Position numbers and translations under genes: made by a program. DNA of 63,889 nt, counting the filler, from Octopus bimaculoides (lineage: Eukaryota): assembly GCF_001194135.2 (NCBI RefSeq). It is 6 parts of 6 records of this genome, joined end to end, with 100 filler letters (N's around TTAATTAATTAA, not from the genome) between each part and the next. Parts side by side here need not be neighbours in the genome. Positions count along the whole stretch, not along the records: positions 59,538 to 63,889 come from NC_068985.1; 5 more parts are not named here. One strand, given 5' to 3'. The notes beneath the pieces were generated by a model. The model made no database searches. It saw only the letters and a program-made list of their open reading frames with translations, and was not told the DNA's origin. Positions 60,830 to 63,889 of this stretch are shown piece by piece (the first letter of the stretch is position 1; every line of letters starts with the position of its first letter).

Positions 60830-61700
60830 GGATCTTGTTCAAAACGGGGGCACCAGTATTTTCTTAACGAAACACTTTGAAACTTGGGACACTGGTACAA
60901 TGTGTCATATAAAACATCTTTTTCTCTTAGTCTTCTTAACAAAAAAACGTACATCGCAAGTTATTTCATGTTAAAGTTGTCGTATTTCTGTAATTTCAAC
61001 CAATGACTGACGTCCATTCAGCCAAGTACATTAAGTGCTGACTTCGTAAACAAACGATTCTCAAACGATTTTGGCGGTGATAAAATTATTATTTCCTTGT
61101 CAAAAAATGGNNNNNNNNNNNNNNNNNNNNNNNNNNNNNNNNNNNNNNNNNNNNNNNNNNNNNNNNNNNNNNNNNNNNNNNNNNNNNNNNNNNNNNNNNN
61201 NNNNNNNNNNNNNNNNNNNNNNNNNNNNNNNNNNNNNNNNNNNNNNNNNNNNNNNNNNNNNNNNNNNNNNNNNNNNNNNNNNNNNNNNNNNNNNNNNNNN
61301 NNNNNNNNNNNNNNNNNNNNNNNNNNNNNNNNNNNNNNNNNNNNNNNNNNNNNNNNNNNNNNNNNNNNNNNAAGTATACGAAGTTTGAAAGTCTTTCGGT
61401 ACCAAAAACATTACATAAAACATTAATGAAAACTTGTGAGTGGAGTTGGTAGACGGAAACTGAAAGAAGCCCGTCGTATATAATATGTATATATATATAT
61501 ATATGTATGTGTGTTTGTGTGTCTGTATTTGTCCCCCCACCATCGCTTGACAACCGATGCTGGTGTATTTACGTCCCCCGTAACCTAGCGGTTCAGCAAA
61601 AAGAGACCGATAGAATAAGTACTAGGCTTACAAAGAATAAGTCCTGGGGTCGATTTCCTCGACTAAAGGCGGTGCTCCAGCATGGCCGCAGTCAAGATCC
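60830..61700. mobile_element. Merlin-like non-autonomous element with an 8-bp TSD
   Basis: Termini GGATCTT...AAGATCC flanked by CAACTTTG at 60822-60829 and 61701-61708. It interrupts a SINE C and contains a SINE A piece at 61432-61693. Confidence 0.8.
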
Positions 61701-62694
61701 CAACTTTGTCTTTCATCCTTTCGGGGTCGATAAAATAAGTACCATTTGAGCAATGAGACCGATGTAATCGATTACACTGGTCTCTTCAAAATTGCTGGCC
61801 TTGTGCCAAAATTATTATTGAGGACGGTGGATAACAGAATCAGTAGAACGCCAAACAAAATGTTTTGTAAGTTTAGTTATCAATCTTCATATTATATTGA
61901 GGTCAACTTTACATTCCGGAGTTCAGAGCATAGAGTCTCAGTCAAGTAATGAGAAGGCCATCTCGAGTCATTGGCATTACTCACTAACAGATATATTCCA
62001 GCCTCTGGCCCACAGGCTTTTTCCTTTCTCTTTTTCGTTCCTATAATGGCCTCTGTTTCTATCAGTTGGCTGGGCTCCTACTGCTTCTACCAGGCACCCC
62101 GACCCACTCATCTCAGTGTCTCGTCACTCTTGTTGCATTCAGACGGGCCTCCTCCCCCTTCAAACCATTATGTTCACTCCGCGCTATACTGAACATTGTC
62201 CTCTGAAATCTCTGCTCATGGTTTTCCTGCAGTTGCTAGCTAATTAGTCTCAATAGAATATTAACGGCATCAAGCTCACCAGTCCCGGAAAGCCTGCAAA
62301 GATGTCATAGCACTACCCATTCCTTAGCAAATAATAATTTTAAAAAAAGGAAGTCAGTAATAATGACTGTGCCCTTTCTCAAAGTGTATGGTTCTGTGTC
62401 TACATAAGGTATTTGTATTATTACAAATGCATTGTTAGAAACAACAGAGCACCACCGCACTACAGAAATGCCTCGTAAAAAAAATATTTTTTAAATTCTA
62501 TCTTTTACAGTTGCAAATAAATATCGCAAAGGTGATCAGTTTTGTCTATCCTCTGTGTTAACAGTGATGATACCAGCAGTATCATCATTATAACTTCATG
62601 TGTCATACGCTTCCGAAGCCTCTGCGTCCACTTTATTCAATCGTGATAGAGTGAGATGGGTTATTTAGGAGAGGTCTCCACAGCGCATTACGAG

Positions 62695-62790
62695 AGAGAA
62701 AGAGAGAGGGAGAGAGAGAGAAAGAGAGAGGGAGAGAGAGAGAAAGAGAGAGGGAGAGAGAGAGAAAGAGAGAGGGAGAGAGAGAGAGAG
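62695..62790. repeat. (GA)n-rich compound microsatellite
   Basis: Directly visible. Confidence 0.9.
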
Positions 62791-63889
62791 AGGTGGAGGC
62801 GATTTTAAGACTTGACTTGTACTTCAGTTTGTAGACACTGGAAAGTGAAAGGTAAAAATTGACCACAACAGGAGTTGACCGCAGAACGCAAGGAGCCGGA
62901 ATAATCCCATTAGGTATTTGTTTAACGCCCTAACGATACTGCCAAACAATGCTGAAGTTACATAACCTGTTTCTACTCTCCCCTGTTCGACAAACGTAGC
63001 TTTGTTTCTTCTCAAAAGACCAATATTCTTGATAGGAAACGAAAGCCACTTGAGCACCAATTACGACCGATGAACTACCTGTCTGACAGACTAGAGCCTC
63101 GTTTAGCTCAAGTAGAGTTTGATTATCTCCCTTTAAATCAGTAACTTCACGTTGCGATGGTCAATGTTTCGGTCAGTTATGAAAAAATCATGATTAGTTT
63201 TATATTTCAAGACGGATCTACGATTCATTCCACAAGTCGGGAGTTCAAGTATATGTTTCGTTTTTTATTTTCGCTGTTACCGAGAATATGACCGTAAGTG
63301 TTGTTAGATATATTTCGATACTTCTTTTGTAAATATTTCTTTATGTCGATGCTGTTATCATTTCATGGTCTCAATATCTTTGTTTAATCTATTTTTGTTG
63401 TTTTATATCAGATTCCTTCGCTTTTTATTAAATTGTAGAGGAAGACGTTGAGTTCAAGAATATTTTATATAAAGAAGAATTCCGACGTTGACAATTAGTT
63501 TCATTGGCGTCGATTTCAGTATAGCCACAATATGTACACAATAACTATACACCGTTTTTGTAGAGACGGTCGATGACATCGCCAACTTTACCATTCTGGC
63601 CGTAAAGAAACTTGTTTTAATCTGCGAGACACAATTGCTACAATTTAGGGGGCAGTATAGGGTATTGATAAAGTTTATTTACCAGGATTTTGGCACAAGA
63701 TCCAGTCTTCGACACTGCTGACACGCACACATATATACATACATTTCATATACAAGTACTATATAAAGATCCGTCAACTTCCTCTCCCCCTCTCACATAC
63801 ATACATACATATGAAATATATGAATAAAGGCTACATAGATATTAGGCTTCCTCTCTCTCTCTTTCTCTTATATATATATATATATATAT

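Noticed and set aside
63400-63700. Protein-like unique sequence on either strand
   Set aside because: Every frame checked has stops within about 60 codons and no recognised motif or paired splice sites.

Overview
AT-rich, microsatellite- and SINE-dense animal genomic DNA with many N gaps. The SINE families and repeat landscape look like octopus or another coleoid cephalopod (inference from remembered repeat motifs, not a database hit). Five identical 100-bp spacers (44 N + TTAATTAATTAA + 44 N) show the window is six artificially joined segments: 1-3105, 3206-27549, 27650-44056, 44157-55293, 55394-59437 and 59538-63889. Adjacency across those spacers is not evidence of true synteny. Segment 2 holds two chondroitin-synthase-family genes head to head. 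CHSY-A (minus) has an intact GT31 DDD motif, a probable 8-nt first coding exon and a long N-terminal tail; it is truncated at the segment edge. CHSY-B (plus) has a degenerate GT31-like half and an intact GT7 GalNAc-transferase half. Segment 3 holds a tRNA-Gln(TTG) gene divergent from WWOX exon 1. Segment 4 holds a spliced minus-strand gene with a SEA-domain-like motif that the ORF track fragments, plus several restriction-like-endonuclease (RLE) retrotransposon relics. The rest is SINEs (labelled A-D locally), decayed mariner/Tc1/maT, hAT, Merlin and Penelope elements, and simple repeats. Most ORF-track entries are microsatellite or N-gap artefacts. Exon joins come from splice-site and phase reading by eye and need RNA-seq. 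Family assignments rest on remembered motifs, not on searches.
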